From positions 1 to 64,000 of the IMG/VR virus record IMGVR_UViG_3300021091_000014: 64,000 nt of DNA. The stretch is one strand, 5' to 3'. This document shows positions 49,261 through 59,520 of the stretch, in pieces (position 1 is the first letter of the stretch; every line of letters starts with the position of its first letter). A program made the translations under genes and the position numbers. The notes under the pieces are model-generated. The model was not told where the DNA came from. It made no database searches and was given only the letters and a program-made list of their open reading frames with translations. Origin of the DNA: a virus.

Positions 49261-50203
49261 CGCCGGATACATTGGTTCAGTGCTTTGTAAAGTTGCACAA
49301 GAAAAAGGTCATTTTGTACTAGGAACAGACGTTAATATTCCTGCTCATGACTATTACGATGAGTTTGTTCATGATAGCATAGTAAAAAATTCCGTTGCAT
49401 ATGAAGCAAGCAACTTAAAAGTAGACGCAGTATTTCATCTAGCAGCCTCGGCTGACGTTTCTCATAGCACTCGTAGGCCTTCCCTTTACTACAATAATAA
49501 CATCGGAGCCACATCTAAGTTATTAGATAACCTAATAATGATGGGATGGAAGGGACCTGTCATCTTTTCTTCTACCGCTGCTGTATACGGTACAAGAGCT
49601 ACACCCTGCACTGAAGATCTTACACCTACACCTTTTACGGCATATGGTAGAAGCAAACTTATGTGTGAGCATCTTCTAAAAGATGTTTGGAATTGCAATC
49701 AAATACCTTCAGTGTCGTTTAGATATTTTAATGTAGCCGGAGCATATACTGACGTTGGTGATCACTTAGAATCAGGTCACGTAATACAAAAACTATGCAA
49801 TAGCGCATCTACAAAAGAGCAATTTAATATATTTGGTAATAGATATCAAACAATTGACGGTACATGCGTTAGAGATTATATTCACGTATTAGATGTATGT
49901 GAAGCACAATTCACTGCCTTAAATTATTTAAACAGTAACCCCGGTGCGCATATATTTAATTTAGGAACAAAAAGTGGTATATCTGTTAAGCAACTATATG
50001 AAAAATTCTGTAATATTACTGGTGAAAAAATAAAAGCAGTTTATGATATTGCAAGAGAAGGGGACCCAGATTTTTTAGTAGCAGATCCCACGAAGTTTAT
50101 TAACGCAACTGACTTTAATTATAGTCATAGTAATATAGAAAAAATAATTGATAGTGCTTGGAAATGGTACAGTAATCACAGGAGAAATAATAATGCCGTT
50201 TGA
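49238..50203 (+). CDS. galE: UDP-glucose 4-epimerase-like NAD-dependent epimerase
   Basis: TGSAGYIGS, FSSTAAVYG, YGRSK, RYFNVAG, DGTCVRDYIHV. Confidence 0.88.
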   Translation: MRLLITGSAGYIGSVLCKVAQEKGHFVLGTDVNIPAHDYYDEFVHDSIVKNSVAYEASNLKVDAVFHLAASADVSHSTRRPSLYYNNNIGATSKLLDNLIMMGWKGPVIFSSTAAVYGTRATPCTEDLTPTPFTAYGRSKLMCEHLLKDVWNCNQIPSVSFRYFNVAGAYTDVGDHLESGHVIQKLCNSASTKEQFNIFGNRYQTIDGTCVRDYIHVLDVCEAQFTALNYLNSNPGAHIFNLGTKSGISVKQLYEKFCNITGEKIKAVYDIAREGDPDFLVADPTKFINATDFNYSHSNIEKIIDSAWKWYSNHRRNNNAV

Positions 50204-51194
50204 AGAAAATGAAATAAGCAAAAACAGTCAAGGTGGTACGGAAAGCGTTAAAAGAGAGCTAGCTAAAAGATTACCAGAAGGACTCGCTGACAATTTTCAA
50301 ATTATTTGCTCAAGAGTAAGAGAGCTTGAAGAAGATAAAATTAGAGTTTATTGGTTACATGACCTACCAGAAGACCCTGAAACTAATCATCTTAAAGATG
50401 AAACTAGTAGAGATAAATTTCACAAAATAGTGTTTTGTGGTAACTGGCAATATAACAGATATAAAGATTACCTAGGTATTCCTCCGTCTAGAAAACATAT
50501 AGTTATTGATACCCCTATTGAACCATTTGACGGAGATGTATTCTCTAAAAAGGATCCTGAAACAATAAATTTAATTTATACATCCACCCCACAAAGAGGG
50601 CTCGAACTACTAGTCCCTATTTTTGAAGAACTAGCAAAGACCCACAAAGATATTCATTTACATGTTTTTTCCAGCTTTAAAATTTATGGGTGGGAAGAAG
50701 CAGATAATAAATTTGAACCATTGTACGAAAAAATAAGAAAACATCCGCAAATGACATACCACGGATTTCAACCGAACGCAGTAGTTAGAGAATATGTTGA
50801 AAAGGCAGATATATTTGCATACCCTTCCATATGGATGGAATGTAATAGTAGGAGCTTGATTGAAGCAATGTCAGCCGGGGCATTATGCGTACATCCTAAC
50901 CTAGGTGGACTAACAGATACATCCGGTAATTTAACTTTTATGTACCAAACAGATGCCGACATTAACACTCATGTTGCCATCTTTATGCAAACCTTAGATA
51001 CTGCAATTAAAATTATTAGAGATAATAAAGACATACATTCCTATTTAAGGTTTGTAAAGGCTTATGCAGATACAAGATATAATTGGAACAAAATTACTTC
51101 ACAATGGATAGATGTTTTAGATAAGCTTAATAATGAGTATAAAGACATGGGTAGTAGAAAAATCCCAGCAGAGAAATTTGTTTATAAGCCATGA
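50193..51194 (+). CDS. glycosyltransferase (GT-B, GT4-like)
   Basis: GGTE, WLHD, YTSTPQRGL, YPS...E......IEAMSAG. Confidence 0.85.
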   Translation: MPFEENEISKNSQGGTESVKRELAKRLPEGLADNFQIICSRVRELEEDKIRVYWLHDLPEDPETNHLKDETSRDKFHKIVFCGNWQYNRYKDYLGIPPSRKHIVIDTPIEPFDGDVFSKKDPETINLIYTSTPQRGLELLVPIFEELAKTHKDIHLHVFSSFKIYGWEEADNKFEPLYEKIRKHPQMTYHGFQPNAVVREYVEKADIFAYPSIWMECNSRSLIEAMSAGALCVHPNLGGLTDTSGNLTFMYQTDADINTHVAIFMQTLDTAIKIIRDNKDIHSYLRFVKAYADTRYNWNKITSQWIDVLDKLNNEYKDMGSRKIPAEKFVYKP

Positions 51195-52174
51195 TTGTAA
51201 CTAAAACACCACTTAGGGTAAGTTTTTTTGGCGGAGGCACTGACCTCCCAGAGTTTTACGATCACTTACCCGGAGCAGTTCTTTCTGCTGCTATTGATAT
51301 TAATATGTTTATTGCTATCAATGAATCACCTAAGCAGAGAGTTAAAGCGTGCTATGACGAGATTGAAATAGTAGATACTGCTGCTTACCTTAATCACAAT
51401 AGAATAAGAGAAACTTTATTATACTATAACGTACATAACAACATTGAGATATCTTCTTTCTGTCACATACCAACTAAAGGTACCGGGCTAGGATCATCAT
51501 CAACGTATACTGTTGGACTGTGTAAGGCTATTTCAGAATATATTAAGCAACCGGCTACCAAGCATGAATTAGCCGATTCTGCTTACTTTATTGAAAGACA
51601 AAGATGTAATGAAAAACTCGGTAAGCAGGATCAATATGCAGCTGCATTTGGAGGTATTAACCTAATTCAATTTTATTCTAACGAAACGGTAGTTAATCCT
51701 GTTAATATTACTTACGATAGAATAAAAAAACTAGAAGACAATCTAATGTTTTTCTACACCAACATTACAAGAAAATCTAACGATATATTAGAAAAACAAG
51801 CACAAAGTTCCCTTGAGGATAATAAGGTAAAATATAACCTTAAAAAAATGGCTGACTGCGCCCTTGACGGAACAAAGATATTAACAAAGTCAAGTAGGTT
51901 ATCTGACTTAGGTAGCATGCTAGACTACTCCTGGGCTCTTAAGCGACAAGTGACTAAAGGCATCTCAAATGATATTATTGATTCATATTATTCAGATGCA
52001 CTTAGCGCCGGCGCATTAGGTGGTAAGCTTCTTGGTGCCGGGGGCGGAGGCTTCCTAATGTTTTACGTACCAGAAAAAAATCAATCCAAAGTTAGACAAA
52101 AGCTCTCTTCATTACAAGAATATAAATTTAAATTTTCATTTAACGGCTCTGAGGTTGTATTAAATGCTAATTAA
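51191..52174 (+). CDS. hddA: GHMP sugar kinase, HddA-like (heptose-7-phosphate kinase)
   Basis: PLRVSFFGGGTD, GTGLGSSS, GKQDQY, GKLLGAGGGG. Confidence 0.82.
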   Translation: MIVTKTPLRVSFFGGGTDLPEFYDHLPGAVLSAAIDINMFIAINESPKQRVKACYDEIEIVDTAAYLNHNRIRETLLYYNVHNNIEISSFCHIPTKGTGLGSSSTYTVGLCKAISEYIKQPATKHELADSAYFIERQRCNEKLGKQDQYAAAFGGINLIQFYSNETVVNPVNITYDRIKKLEDNLMFFYTNITRKSNDILEKQAQSSLEDNKVKYNLKKMADCALDGTKILTKSSRLSDLGSMLDYSWALKRQVTKGISNDIIDSYYSDALSAGALGGKLLGAGGGGFLMFYVPEKNQSKVRQKLSSLQEYKFKFSFNGSEVVLNAN

Positions 52175-52772
52175 CGCTCTTGCTCTTACCGATTTTAAAC
52201 AGGATTACTTAAATCAACTTAGTAGTGGACTTGATAGTATTGATCTAAACGCTCTTGACTTGTTCTATAATGAAATTGTTAATACAGTTAAAAATGACAA
52301 AACAATATTTGTCTGTGGTAACGGAGGTTCTGCTGCTATTGCCGAACACCTCTCCTGTGATCATTCGAAAGGGGTAGCCTCTAACACTCGTCTAATACCG
52401 AGAGTTATTTCGTTAAATAGTAATATGTCTTTACTTACCGCTACCGCTAACGATTACGGATACGATAAAGTTTTTTCCACTCAACTAGTACTACAAGGTA
52501 GAAGTGGTGATTTATTAATAGCTATTTCCAGTAGCGGCAACTCTCGAAATATTATAGAAGCAATATCTACTGCGAAAGCTTTAGGAATAAAAACTTCTTC
52601 CCTCACCGGATTTTACGGCGGGGAGACGAAAAATAAAAGTGATATTAATATTCACGTACCAATTCATAATTACGGAATTGTAGAGGATTGTCATCAGATT
52701 ATCATGCATATCGTAGCTCAGTACATACGCACGATACATACTGAGGTAGATATAAAAAGCGTAAAGCTATAA
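52164..52772 (+). CDS. gmhA: phosphoheptose isomerase (SIS)
   Basis: CGNGGSAA.AEH, ANDYGY, ISSSGNS.N, EDCH. Confidence 0.85.
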   Translation: MLINALALTDFKQDYLNQLSSGLDSIDLNALDLFYNEIVNTVKNDKTIFVCGNGGSAAIAEHLSCDHSKGVASNTRLIPRVISLNSNMSLLTATANDYGYDKVFSTQLVLQGRSGDLLIAISSSGNSRNIIEAISTAKALGIKTSSLTGFYGGETKNKSDINIHVPIHNYGIVEDCHQIIMHIVAQYIRTIHTEVDIKSVKL

Positions 52773-52781
52773 TATATTAAA

Positions 52782-53639
52782 ATGATTTTACTTGATCTAA
52801 ATCAGGTTATGATTGCTAATTTTATGTCTCAAATTGGTAATCATACTGATACTAAAATAGAAGAAGGCCTATTCAGACATATGGTCTTAAACTCTATTCG
52901 CCTATTAAAACAGAAATTTTCTGATTATGGTGAATTAGTTATTGCTTGTGATGATAAGAAATTGTGGCGACGTGAAGTCTTTTACTACTATAAAGCTAAT
53001 AGAAAAAAATCTCGGGACGAATCAGAGCTTGATTGGGCTAGCATCTTTAGTACTCTTAATAAAATAAAACTCGAGCTTAAAGAGTACTTTCCCTACAGAG
53101 TAATTCAAGTTGAAGGGGCCGAGGCCGATGATGTTATTGCTACTTTAGTACATACTTACGGCACATTTCTTAATACTAATAGAATTATTATTTTATCCGG
53201 AGATAAAGACTTTAGACAGCTTCACTGCTATACTAATGTTTCTCAGTTTGACCCTATTAACAAAAAGTTTATTAATGTTGACGAACCGGAAAAATATTTA
53301 AAAGAACTTATAATTAAAGGCGATAGAGGGGATGGTATTCCTAACATCTTATCACCCGATGATTGCATTATTTCCGGCGCAAGGCAAAAACCAATAAGTT
53401 CTAAAAAACTTGAATACTATTTAAAACTAAATGAAAATGAAATATTAAATGATACTACAGTTAGTAAAAACTGGCAAAGAAATAAAATATTAATTGATTT
53501 AGATAGTATACCGGAAAATATTAAAAATCTAATTATGGACGAGTATCACGACCAGGATAATAAACCTAGAGACAAAATATTTAATTACATGATAAATAAT
53601 AAAATGAAAGTATTGATTGAACATATAAATGAGTTCTAA
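52782..53639 (+). CDS. rnh: RNase H (T4 5'-3' exonuclease)
   Basis: WRR...YYKANR, EADD, SGDKDF.QL, GDRGDG.PN. Confidence 0.93.
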   Translation: MILLDLNQVMIANFMSQIGNHTDTKIEEGLFRHMVLNSIRLLKQKFSDYGELVIACDDKKLWRREVFYYYKANRKKSRDESELDWASIFSTLNKIKLELKEYFPYRVIQVEGAEADDVIATLVHTYGTFLNTNRIIILSGDKDFRQLHCYTNVSQFDPINKKFINVDEPEKYLKELIIKGDRGDGIPNILSPDDCIISGARQKPISSKKLEYYLKLNENEILNDTTVSKNWQRNKILIDLDSIPENIKNLIMDEYHDQDNKPRDKIFNYMINNKMKVLIEHINEF

Positions 53640-54049
53640 TGAAAAAATCTATCTATAACATACTCAAAGAATGCGCTGAACCTAAATCAGTTAATGATAG
53701 GGTTGAGCTGCTTCAGAAAAACGGCATTCCTGTAGTCAAGCAAATATTAAAATACGCTTTTGACCCTAATATTATTTTTGATTTACCGGAAGGTGCACCT
53801 CCTTACAAGCCATGCGAATATCTAGATCAAGAAGGCAGGCTTTATGCTGAGGCAAGAAAGCTCTATCTTTTTACTAAAGATGGAAACCCAGCGCTTACTA
53901 AGTTTAAAAGAGAGATGATTTTTATTCAATTCATAGAAGGTATAGATAAGAAGGACGCTACTTTAATTATAGCGGTCAAAGATAAAACTCTACCCTTTAA
54001 GGGATTAAATAAAGATGTTGTTAAGAAAGCATTTCCAGACCTGTTTTAA
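53639..54049 (+). CDS. conserved T4-like hypothetical protein
   Basis: FDP...F.LPEG.PPY...RE..FIQ..E. Confidence 0.8.
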   Translation: MKKSIYNILKECAEPKSVNDRVELLQKNGIPVVKQILKYAFDPNIIFDLPEGAPPYKPCEYLDQEGRLYAEARKLYLFTKDGNPALTKFKREMIFIQFIEGIDKKDATLIIAVKDKTLPFKGLNKDVVKKAFPDLF

Positions 54050-54051
54050 TT

Positions 54052-54219
54052 ATGAGTAAAACGCTTAAAAAATTTCGTAAATTATACGAGCCTGAGGAAG
54101 GCGCACATCAGGTTAAAAGACGCAAATCAAATTTTAATAATAAAAAATTAAGATCTTTAGATAACATTCTTAAAACAAAAGATGTAAAAAAGATCTTAAA
54201 TTATGAGGAAAAAATTTAG
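54052..54219 (+). CDS. small basic protein, not in ORF track
   Basis: 55-aa ORF filling the gap. Confidence 0.55.
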   Translation: MSKTLKKFRKLYEPEEGAHQVKRRKSNFNNKKLRSLDNILKTKDVKKILNYEEKI

Positions 54220-54228
54220 GAGAAGACA

Positions 54229-54372
54229 ATGGGATGGTTTTGGAATAACCCTATAATGAATAAAATAGAAGCCGGGCTTATCACGCTTACAAATAAACTT
54301 TGGCGTAAAAGACGAGAGCACGAAAAAAAACTAGTAGAGAAAATTAAAGAGCAGAATAAAGTAAAAAGATAG
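54229..54372 (+). CDS. small protein, not in ORF track
   Basis: 47 aa; AGGAG SD. Confidence 0.5.
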   Translation: MGWFWNNPIMNKIEAGLITLTNKLWRKRREHEKKLVEKIKEQNKVKR

Positions 54373-54374
54373 TA

Positions 54375-54611
54375 ATGCCAACATACACATTTAAAGATGT
54401 TAATACTGGTGAAGTTACAGAACATGTAATGAGAATTTCTCAACTAGATGAATTTAAAAAATCTAATCCTCATTTAGAGGCTTACATTTCAGGTTCTCCC
54501 GGACTTAGTGATCCAGCAAGACTAGGTTTAGTTAAACCAGCATCTGGGTTTCGTGATCTGTTAAAAAATATGAAGAAAAAGCACAGGAGAAGTACGATTA
54601 ATGATTTTTAA
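54375..54611 (+). CDS. conserved T4-like small protein (MPTY.F....TGE)
   Basis: FmdB-like N-terminus typically found before phoH. Confidence 0.75.
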   Translation: MPTYTFKDVNTGEVTEHVMRISQLDEFKKSNPHLEAYISGSPGLSDPARLGLVKPASGFRDLLKNMKKKHRRSTINDF

Positions 54612-54613
54612 AG

Positions 54614-55375
54614 GTGCCCATGGCAAAACGATCGAGTAATAATCAAACCTCCACTTCCAATACAGATAATTTTGACAGAATTAGTACTCAAACTACTCTT
54701 AAAATTAAATTAGATAATCTAAAAACTTTTACTCCTCTAACTAATAATCAAAAACTTTTTTTTGAAGCTTATAAGCGCGGCGACTATTTCGTTGCTCTAC
54801 ATGGAGTAGCCGGCACAGGAAAAACTTTTATTGCACTCTATAAAGCACTAGAGGAAGTGCTTGATAAATCAAATCCATTTAATAAAATAATTATTGTTAG
54901 ATCAGCAGTACAGTCTCGAGAAATAGGACATCTTCCAGGTGATGTTGGTGAAAAGATGGAAATCTTCCAACAGCCCTATAGACAGATTTGCGAGATTTTG
55001 TTTGAAAGAAGAGATGCATGGGATAGGTTGGAAGAGCAGCATCATGTAGAGTTTATTTCAACTTCATTTATTAGAGGTATGTCGTTTGACGATGCAATTA
55101 TTATTGTAGACGAAATGCAAAATATGACATTTGAAGAAATAGATACGGTAATGACTCGAGTGGGGTATAGGTCTAAAATAATTTGGTGTGGTGATTATAG
55201 ACAAACCGATTTGAATAAAAAGAAAAACGATATGAGTGGTATTTTAAAGTTCTTTAACATAGCTCATCATATATCAGCCTTCACAAGAATAGAATTTACG
55301 CCAGACGATATAGTAAGAAGTTCTCTGGTTAAGGATTACATTTTAGCTAAGATGCAGTACGAAGATGGCAATTAA
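54614..55375 (+). CDS. phoH: PhoH-like ATPase
   Basis: GVAGTGKT, IGHLPG, FIRG..F, DEMQN, GDYRQTD. Confidence 0.93.
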   Translation: MPMAKRSSNNQTSTSNTDNFDRISTQTTLKIKLDNLKTFTPLTNNQKLFFEAYKRGDYFVALHGVAGTGKTFIALYKALEEVLDKSNPFNKIIIVRSAVQSREIGHLPGDVGEKMEIFQQPYRQICEILFERRDAWDRLEEQHHVEFISTSFIRGMSFDDAIIIVDEMQNMTFEEIDTVMTRVGYRSKIIWCGDYRQTDLNKKKNDMSGILKFFNIAHHISAFTRIEFTPDDIVRSSLVKDYILAKMQYEDGN

Positions 55376-55399
55376 ACTCATTTTTTTAAAGGAGCAATA

Positions 55400-56071
55400 A
55401 TGAATACTACTTTATCGGCAGTTCAAACTCTTAATACAGCTGTAGCAGGGGTATTAAGCCGTATGACGGTGGGTATTTTTCTTACAATGGTCGCAGCCGG
55501 GCTATTGGCAGCAACGGGTCTTGTGCCTATTCTTTTTTCGGGCGTGGTGGGTTGGATAATTGTTTTTTTACCTCTAGTAATGAGTTTGGGTTTAATGTGG
55601 AAGGGAGAAAATCTTACTACAGGTGGAATTAAACTTTGGTTTTTTGCCTTCTCTGCAGCAATGGGCCTAAGTCTTAGTTTATTGTTCCACGTTTATACTT
55701 CAGCCTCCATTGTTATGGCATTGGTAGGGACAACGGTAAGCTTTGGAGCGTTAGCAGGGTGGGGATACTTTACCAAGCGAGATATTTCTTCCTGGGGATC
55801 ATTTTTGTTTGCAGGAGTCATCGGACTAATCGTTGTTAGTCTTTTTAATATTTGGTTTGCTTCATCAGCATTACAAATGACTCTAAACGTTTTGACCATT
55901 GTAATCTTTCTTGGGCTCACTGCATACGACATGAACCGTATTCGTGATATGTTCTGGAATGTTACAGAGGGAGAAGTTAACCGCTTACAATGGTTTAGTG
56001 CTCTTTCTCTTTACATTAATTTCATAAATATATTTGTCTCTATCTTACAATTGTTTGGCAACAGGGAATAA
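55400..56071 (+). CDS. Bax inhibitor-1/YccA-YbhL family membrane protein
   Basis: Multi-TM; GY.TKRD, TAYD...I, AL.LYINFINIF..ILQ. Confidence 0.9.
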   Translation: MNTTLSAVQTLNTAVAGVLSRMTVGIFLTMVAAGLLAATGLVPILFSGVVGWIIVFLPLVMSLGLMWKGENLTTGGIKLWFFAFSAAMGLSLSLLFHVYTSASIVMALVGTTVSFGALAGWGYFTKRDISSWGSFLFAGVIGLIVVSLFNIWFASSALQMTLNVLTIVIFLGLTAYDMNRIRDMFWNVTEGEVNRLQWFSALSLYINFINIFVSILQLFGNRE

Positions 56072-56481
56072 TGGCATACTCAAATAAAGTAATCGATCAT
56101 TATGAAAACCCTCGCAATGTTGGTTCTTTTGCAAAAGATGACAATGATGTAGGAACTGGTATGGTTGGAGCTCCTGCGTGCGGTGACGTTATGAAGCTTC
56201 AGATTAAGGTAGACGAAGATGGAATTATTACTGATGCACGTTTTAAGACATATGGTTGTGGATCGGCAATTGCGAGCAGTTCACTAGTCACAGAGTGGGT
56301 CAAAGGCAAAACTCTTGACCAAGCGATGGAAATTAAAAATACACTGATTGCTGAAGAGCTCGCGCTTCCACCCGTCAAGATACACTGCTCCATATTAGCA
56401 GAGGATGCGATCAAAGCTGCTATTGCAAACTACAAGGACAAATATGCTAACCGTAACTCCGAATGCGCATGCACAAATTAA
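56071..56481 (+). CDS. iscU: Fe-S cluster scaffold IscU
   Basis: [31 protein letters not shown]. Confidence 0.96.
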   Translation: MAYSNKVIDHYENPRNVGSFAKDDNDVGTGMVGAPACGDVMKLQIKVDEDGIITDARFKTYGCGSAIASSSLVTEWVKGKTLDQAMEIKNTLIAEELALPPVKIHCSILAEDAIKAAIANYKDKYANRNSECACTN

Positions 56482-56752
56482 TTTAATACTCTCTGGTGAA
56501 GATTCAAAATATGTTCGCGCTTTTATTCAAGGGGGAGGGTGTAGTGGGTTCCAGTACGGCTTTACGATGGAAGATGATAAGAATGAAGACGATTTTGTAA
56601 TTGAAAATTTACTTGTAGATGCTATGAGCATGCAATATTTTGATGGTGCTACTATTGATTATAAAACAGATAAGCTTCAAGGCTCTTCTTTTGTAATTTC
56701 TAATCCAAACGCAAAAACTACTTGTGGTTGTGGTTCTTCTTTTGCTACCTAG
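56444..56752 (+). CDS. erpA: A-type Fe-S carrier (ErpA/IscA)
   Basis: [23 protein letters not shown]. Confidence 0.88.
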   Translation: MLTVTPNAHAQINLILSGEDSKYVRAFIQGGGCSGFQYGFTMEDDKNEDDFVIENLLVDAMSMQYFDGATIDYKTDKLQGSSFVISNPNAKTTCGCGSSFAT

Positions 56753-56765
56753 ATTCAAGATACAA

Positions 56766-57437
56766 ATGAATAAAAAATTTAAATATGAATTTTTACCTCA
56801 AATTGAATTAAAGGAAGAATATATTGATAGTAAGAGACATTATGTGACACCGGAAGGAAAAAAATATCCATCTGTTACCACGGTTATTGGCGACAGCATG
56901 GATAAAAGTGGACTTTATGAATGGAGACAAAAAGTAGGTAAAGAAGAAGCTGATAAGATTACTAAGTCAGCTGCGTCCAGGGGCACTAAAGTTCATAAAA
57001 TTTGTGAGGACTATGTATTAGGTAAGGAAAATTATTTAAAAGATAAAATGCCATCTAGCATTTCTCTTTTTAAACAAATACAACCCTACCTCGACGAAAA
57101 CATGACTAAAGTTTATGGAGTAGAAATTCCTCTGTATTCAGATTTTTTACAAACAGCCGGCAGATGTGATTTAGTATGTCACATGCATGATTGTTATACT
57201 ATAGTCGATTACAAAACTTCATCTAAGCCTAAAAAAGAAAATTGGATAGAAAATTACTTTCTACAGCTGACCACTTATGCAATGATGGTTGAGGAGCTTT
57301 ATAAAGTTCCCATTTCCTACATCATTATTTTAATAGCGGTAGAAGACGACAACCTGCAGTTTTTTGTAAAAAATCCTAAATCCTATAAAGATAAGGTAAC
57401 GGAAATATTCCGTAATTATAGTAAAAAGTTGATGTAA
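56766..57437 (+). CDS. PD-(D/E)xK exonuclease (RecB/Cas4-like, T4-like phage type)
   Basis: YPSVTTV, RGT.VH, AGRCD, DYKTS, Q...YA. Confidence 0.85.
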   Translation: MNKKFKYEFLPQIELKEEYIDSKRHYVTPEGKKYPSVTTVIGDSMDKSGLYEWRQKVGKEEADKITKSAASRGTKVHKICEDYVLGKENYLKDKMPSSISLFKQIQPYLDENMTKVYGVEIPLYSDFLQTAGRCDLVCHMHDCYTIVDYKTSSKPKKENWIENYFLQLTTYAMMVEELYKVPISYIIILIAVEDDNLQFFVKNPKSYKDKVTEIFRNYSKKLM

Positions 57438-57457
57438 TTACTCTCATACACTATAAT
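57429..57457 (+). promoter_or_regulatory. early promoter TTGATG-17-TATAAT
   Basis: Consensus. Confidence 0.7.
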
Positions 57458-57477
57458 ATAAATGTGTACTTAGAGAG

Positions 57478-57978
57478 GTGTATATGAGCGTAAATAATGA
57501 AATACTTTCCAAGCTTAATATTAAGCGAGGAACTATCGATACTATTGCTATTCAGGCAGTTAGAGAGTACCTGGATAAGCAATCTAGCCCCCTTAAAGCA
57601 GCAAACGCAATTATTGCTAAAGTAGGTATTAGTCCGGTTAGTAATAGAAAAAAAGCCTACGTGTTTGCTATGACCACTGTTGAACAAGCCCTTTATAATA
57701 TGACACCTGACATTGAATCTATCATTAAAAAATCTAACGAACGTATTCAAAAAATTACTGATATGTTAGGCCCATCCGCCTTTAAGATTAGTGATGAGAA
57801 AGAGCAGGAGCTTCTTAAAAAAGGTCCAAGCAAAAGATCTATTGCAAGAGACATATATCTAGAAAATAAAGATAAAGGCGAAAAAGCTATTATTGATTTA
57901 GTAGTAAAAGCTTTAGATGTTTCTAAACAAAACGCATACACTTACATCTACCTGGTAAAGAAAGATCTTAGTCTATAG
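57478..57978 (+). CDS. early protein with C-terminal HTH-like motif (LDVSKQNAYTYI)
   Basis: Motif shared with 10212 and 17353 ORFs. Confidence 0.7.
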   Translation: MYMSVNNEILSKLNIKRGTIDTIAIQAVREYLDKQSSPLKAANAIIAKVGISPVSNRKKAYVFAMTTVEQALYNMTPDIESIIKKSNERIQKITDMLGPSAFKISDEKEQELLKKGPSKRSIARDIYLENKDKGEKAIIDLVVKALDVSKQNAYTYIYLVKKDLSL

Positions 57979-58050
57979 TGGATGCTAAAGAGATAGTAAG
58001 ATTTTTAAAAGTTCTTAGGTACTACGTATCGCCATATTGGAGAACACGAA

Positions 58051-58800
58051 TTGAAGAAGTCATTACGAAAATTGGCGGTAGCTTGTAGTACTCTACTTCC
58101 GGTCTGTGCCTTAGCAGGGCTAGAGTCAGGCGCTGGAGAAAATTTAATTAGCGATAGATATACCTCCACCACGGCTTGTATGCTAGCCGAGCAAAAGGCA
58201 ATTAAACAAGCACTTGACAGATACAGCGGCAAACAATTTACAGTAGAAAAGAAAAACTTTTGTTACGATACTAAGGATTATAGTTACTGTAATTATTATA
58301 AAGAGTTAGACTATACTGTAGCAGGCACAATTCGTAAAATAGTAAATAGATCTGAAAAAATAGAAAATAGTATCTGCAAGGTTGCGGTAGTAATTGATAT
58401 AGAAGAACAACCCAAACCCATTAACGTTAATGTAAGCGGAAGAAATATTTACTTTGTTAATGAGCCTCTAAACTTTAAAATAAACGTAAATGAACCTGTT
58501 TTCTTTTATGCGTTTAACGTGCACCGTAAGGGTGTTGAGTTTTTATTTCCTTCAAAGTATTATGAAGAAAATAAATTTGAAGATGATTTTGACTTTCCTG
58601 GTTTTGGATTGAGATACGTAACAACACTTGACAAAGGAGTGAGTAGAGATGAAGAGCAAATCGTCTTTTTGTTCACAAAGCATCAAATAGATTTTGATAG
58701 AGTTGCGCTGGATCATAACATGTTGCATGAGATAATTAACTCGATACCAGTGCATTCACGAAGAACTTTTACCTATAAAATTTTTATTAAACGGAAATGA
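58051..58800 (+). CDS. exported protein (DUF4384-like C-terminus)
   Basis: Signal peptide; AC..AE.KA; FLFP motif. Confidence 0.55.
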   Translation: MKKSLRKLAVACSTLLPVCALAGLESGAGENLISDRYTSTTACMLAEQKAIKQALDRYSGKQFTVEKKNFCYDTKDYSYCNYYKELDYTVAGTIRKIVNRSEKIENSICKVAVVIDIEEQPKPINVNVSGRNIYFVNEPLNFKINVNEPVFFYAFNVHRKGVEFLFPSKYYEENKFEDDFDFPGFGLRYVTTLDKGVSRDEEQIVFLFTKHQIDFDRVALDHNMLHEIINSIPVHSRRTFTYKIFIKRK

Positions 58801-59489
58801 AAATGAAAATGATTATGACTTTCGTAGCAGCTTGTGCCCTTGGCCTTTTTACTACAGGGTGCTCTACTATCGGGCTAGGCGGCGATAAAGATAACAAGAT
58901 GGTTGAGATTCCAAAAAGTAAAATGGATCAAATACCTAAATGGTTTTTACAAAAGCCAGTTGACGGAGCTATAACAGTGACTGCAACTGATGTAAGTAAA
59001 GATATGCAATTTGCTATTGATAAAGCTACCCTTAATGCTAAAGTTCAACTGGCAGAAAGACTAGGAACAAAAGTTGACAGTCTAACAAGGGAAACTGCTC
59101 TAGAGTCCGGTCACGGTGTCAAGGAGGTTCAGCGAGAAATTGACCGAGTCTCTAAGGTTCGTATCAATCAAGAGCTTAATTTCTTTACTCGTGAGCATAT
59201 CGCAGTTGTACGTGAGGGGGATCATTTTAGAGCTTACGTAATGCTTAAAATTAGTAACAACGATGCTCGTCGACTCACTCAGAAAGATAACTCTAAATCT
59301 CGAGAAGAGAGGCTTAAAGAATTAGATAAGTCATCTTCAGTAGATGATCAGATTACAATTAGACCAGCATCTCAAGTTGATAGGTCTAAGATGATATCAA
59401 ACTCAATTAGTGATCAATCTGTAAAGGATCGTATCGCTAAGACTCTTGAAGATCCTAACGCAGTCGTCATAAACGCCACTATTCGTTAA
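58797..59489 (+). CDS. lipoprotein (LPP20-like)
   Basis: Lipobox TTGC; IPKWF; D.Q.A.DKA...AK..LA. Confidence 0.65.
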   Translation: MKMKMIMTFVAACALGLFTTGCSTIGLGGDKDNKMVEIPKSKMDQIPKWFLQKPVDGAITVTATDVSKDMQFAIDKATLNAKVQLAERLGTKVDSLTRETALESGHGVKEVQREIDRVSKVRINQELNFFTREHIAVVREGDHFRAYVMLKISNNDARRLTQKDNSKSREERLKELDKSSSVDDQITIRPASQVDRSKMISNSISDQSVKDRIAKTLEDPNAVVINATIR

Positions 59490-59520
59490 TCTTTAAAATT
59501 CCGGCAACCTAAATATTCTT

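Noticed and set aside
56766-57437. CRISPR-Cas system (Cas4-like gene)
   Set aside because: No repeat-spacer array or other cas genes; lacks the four-Cys Fe-S arrangement; typical stand-alone phage exonuclease.
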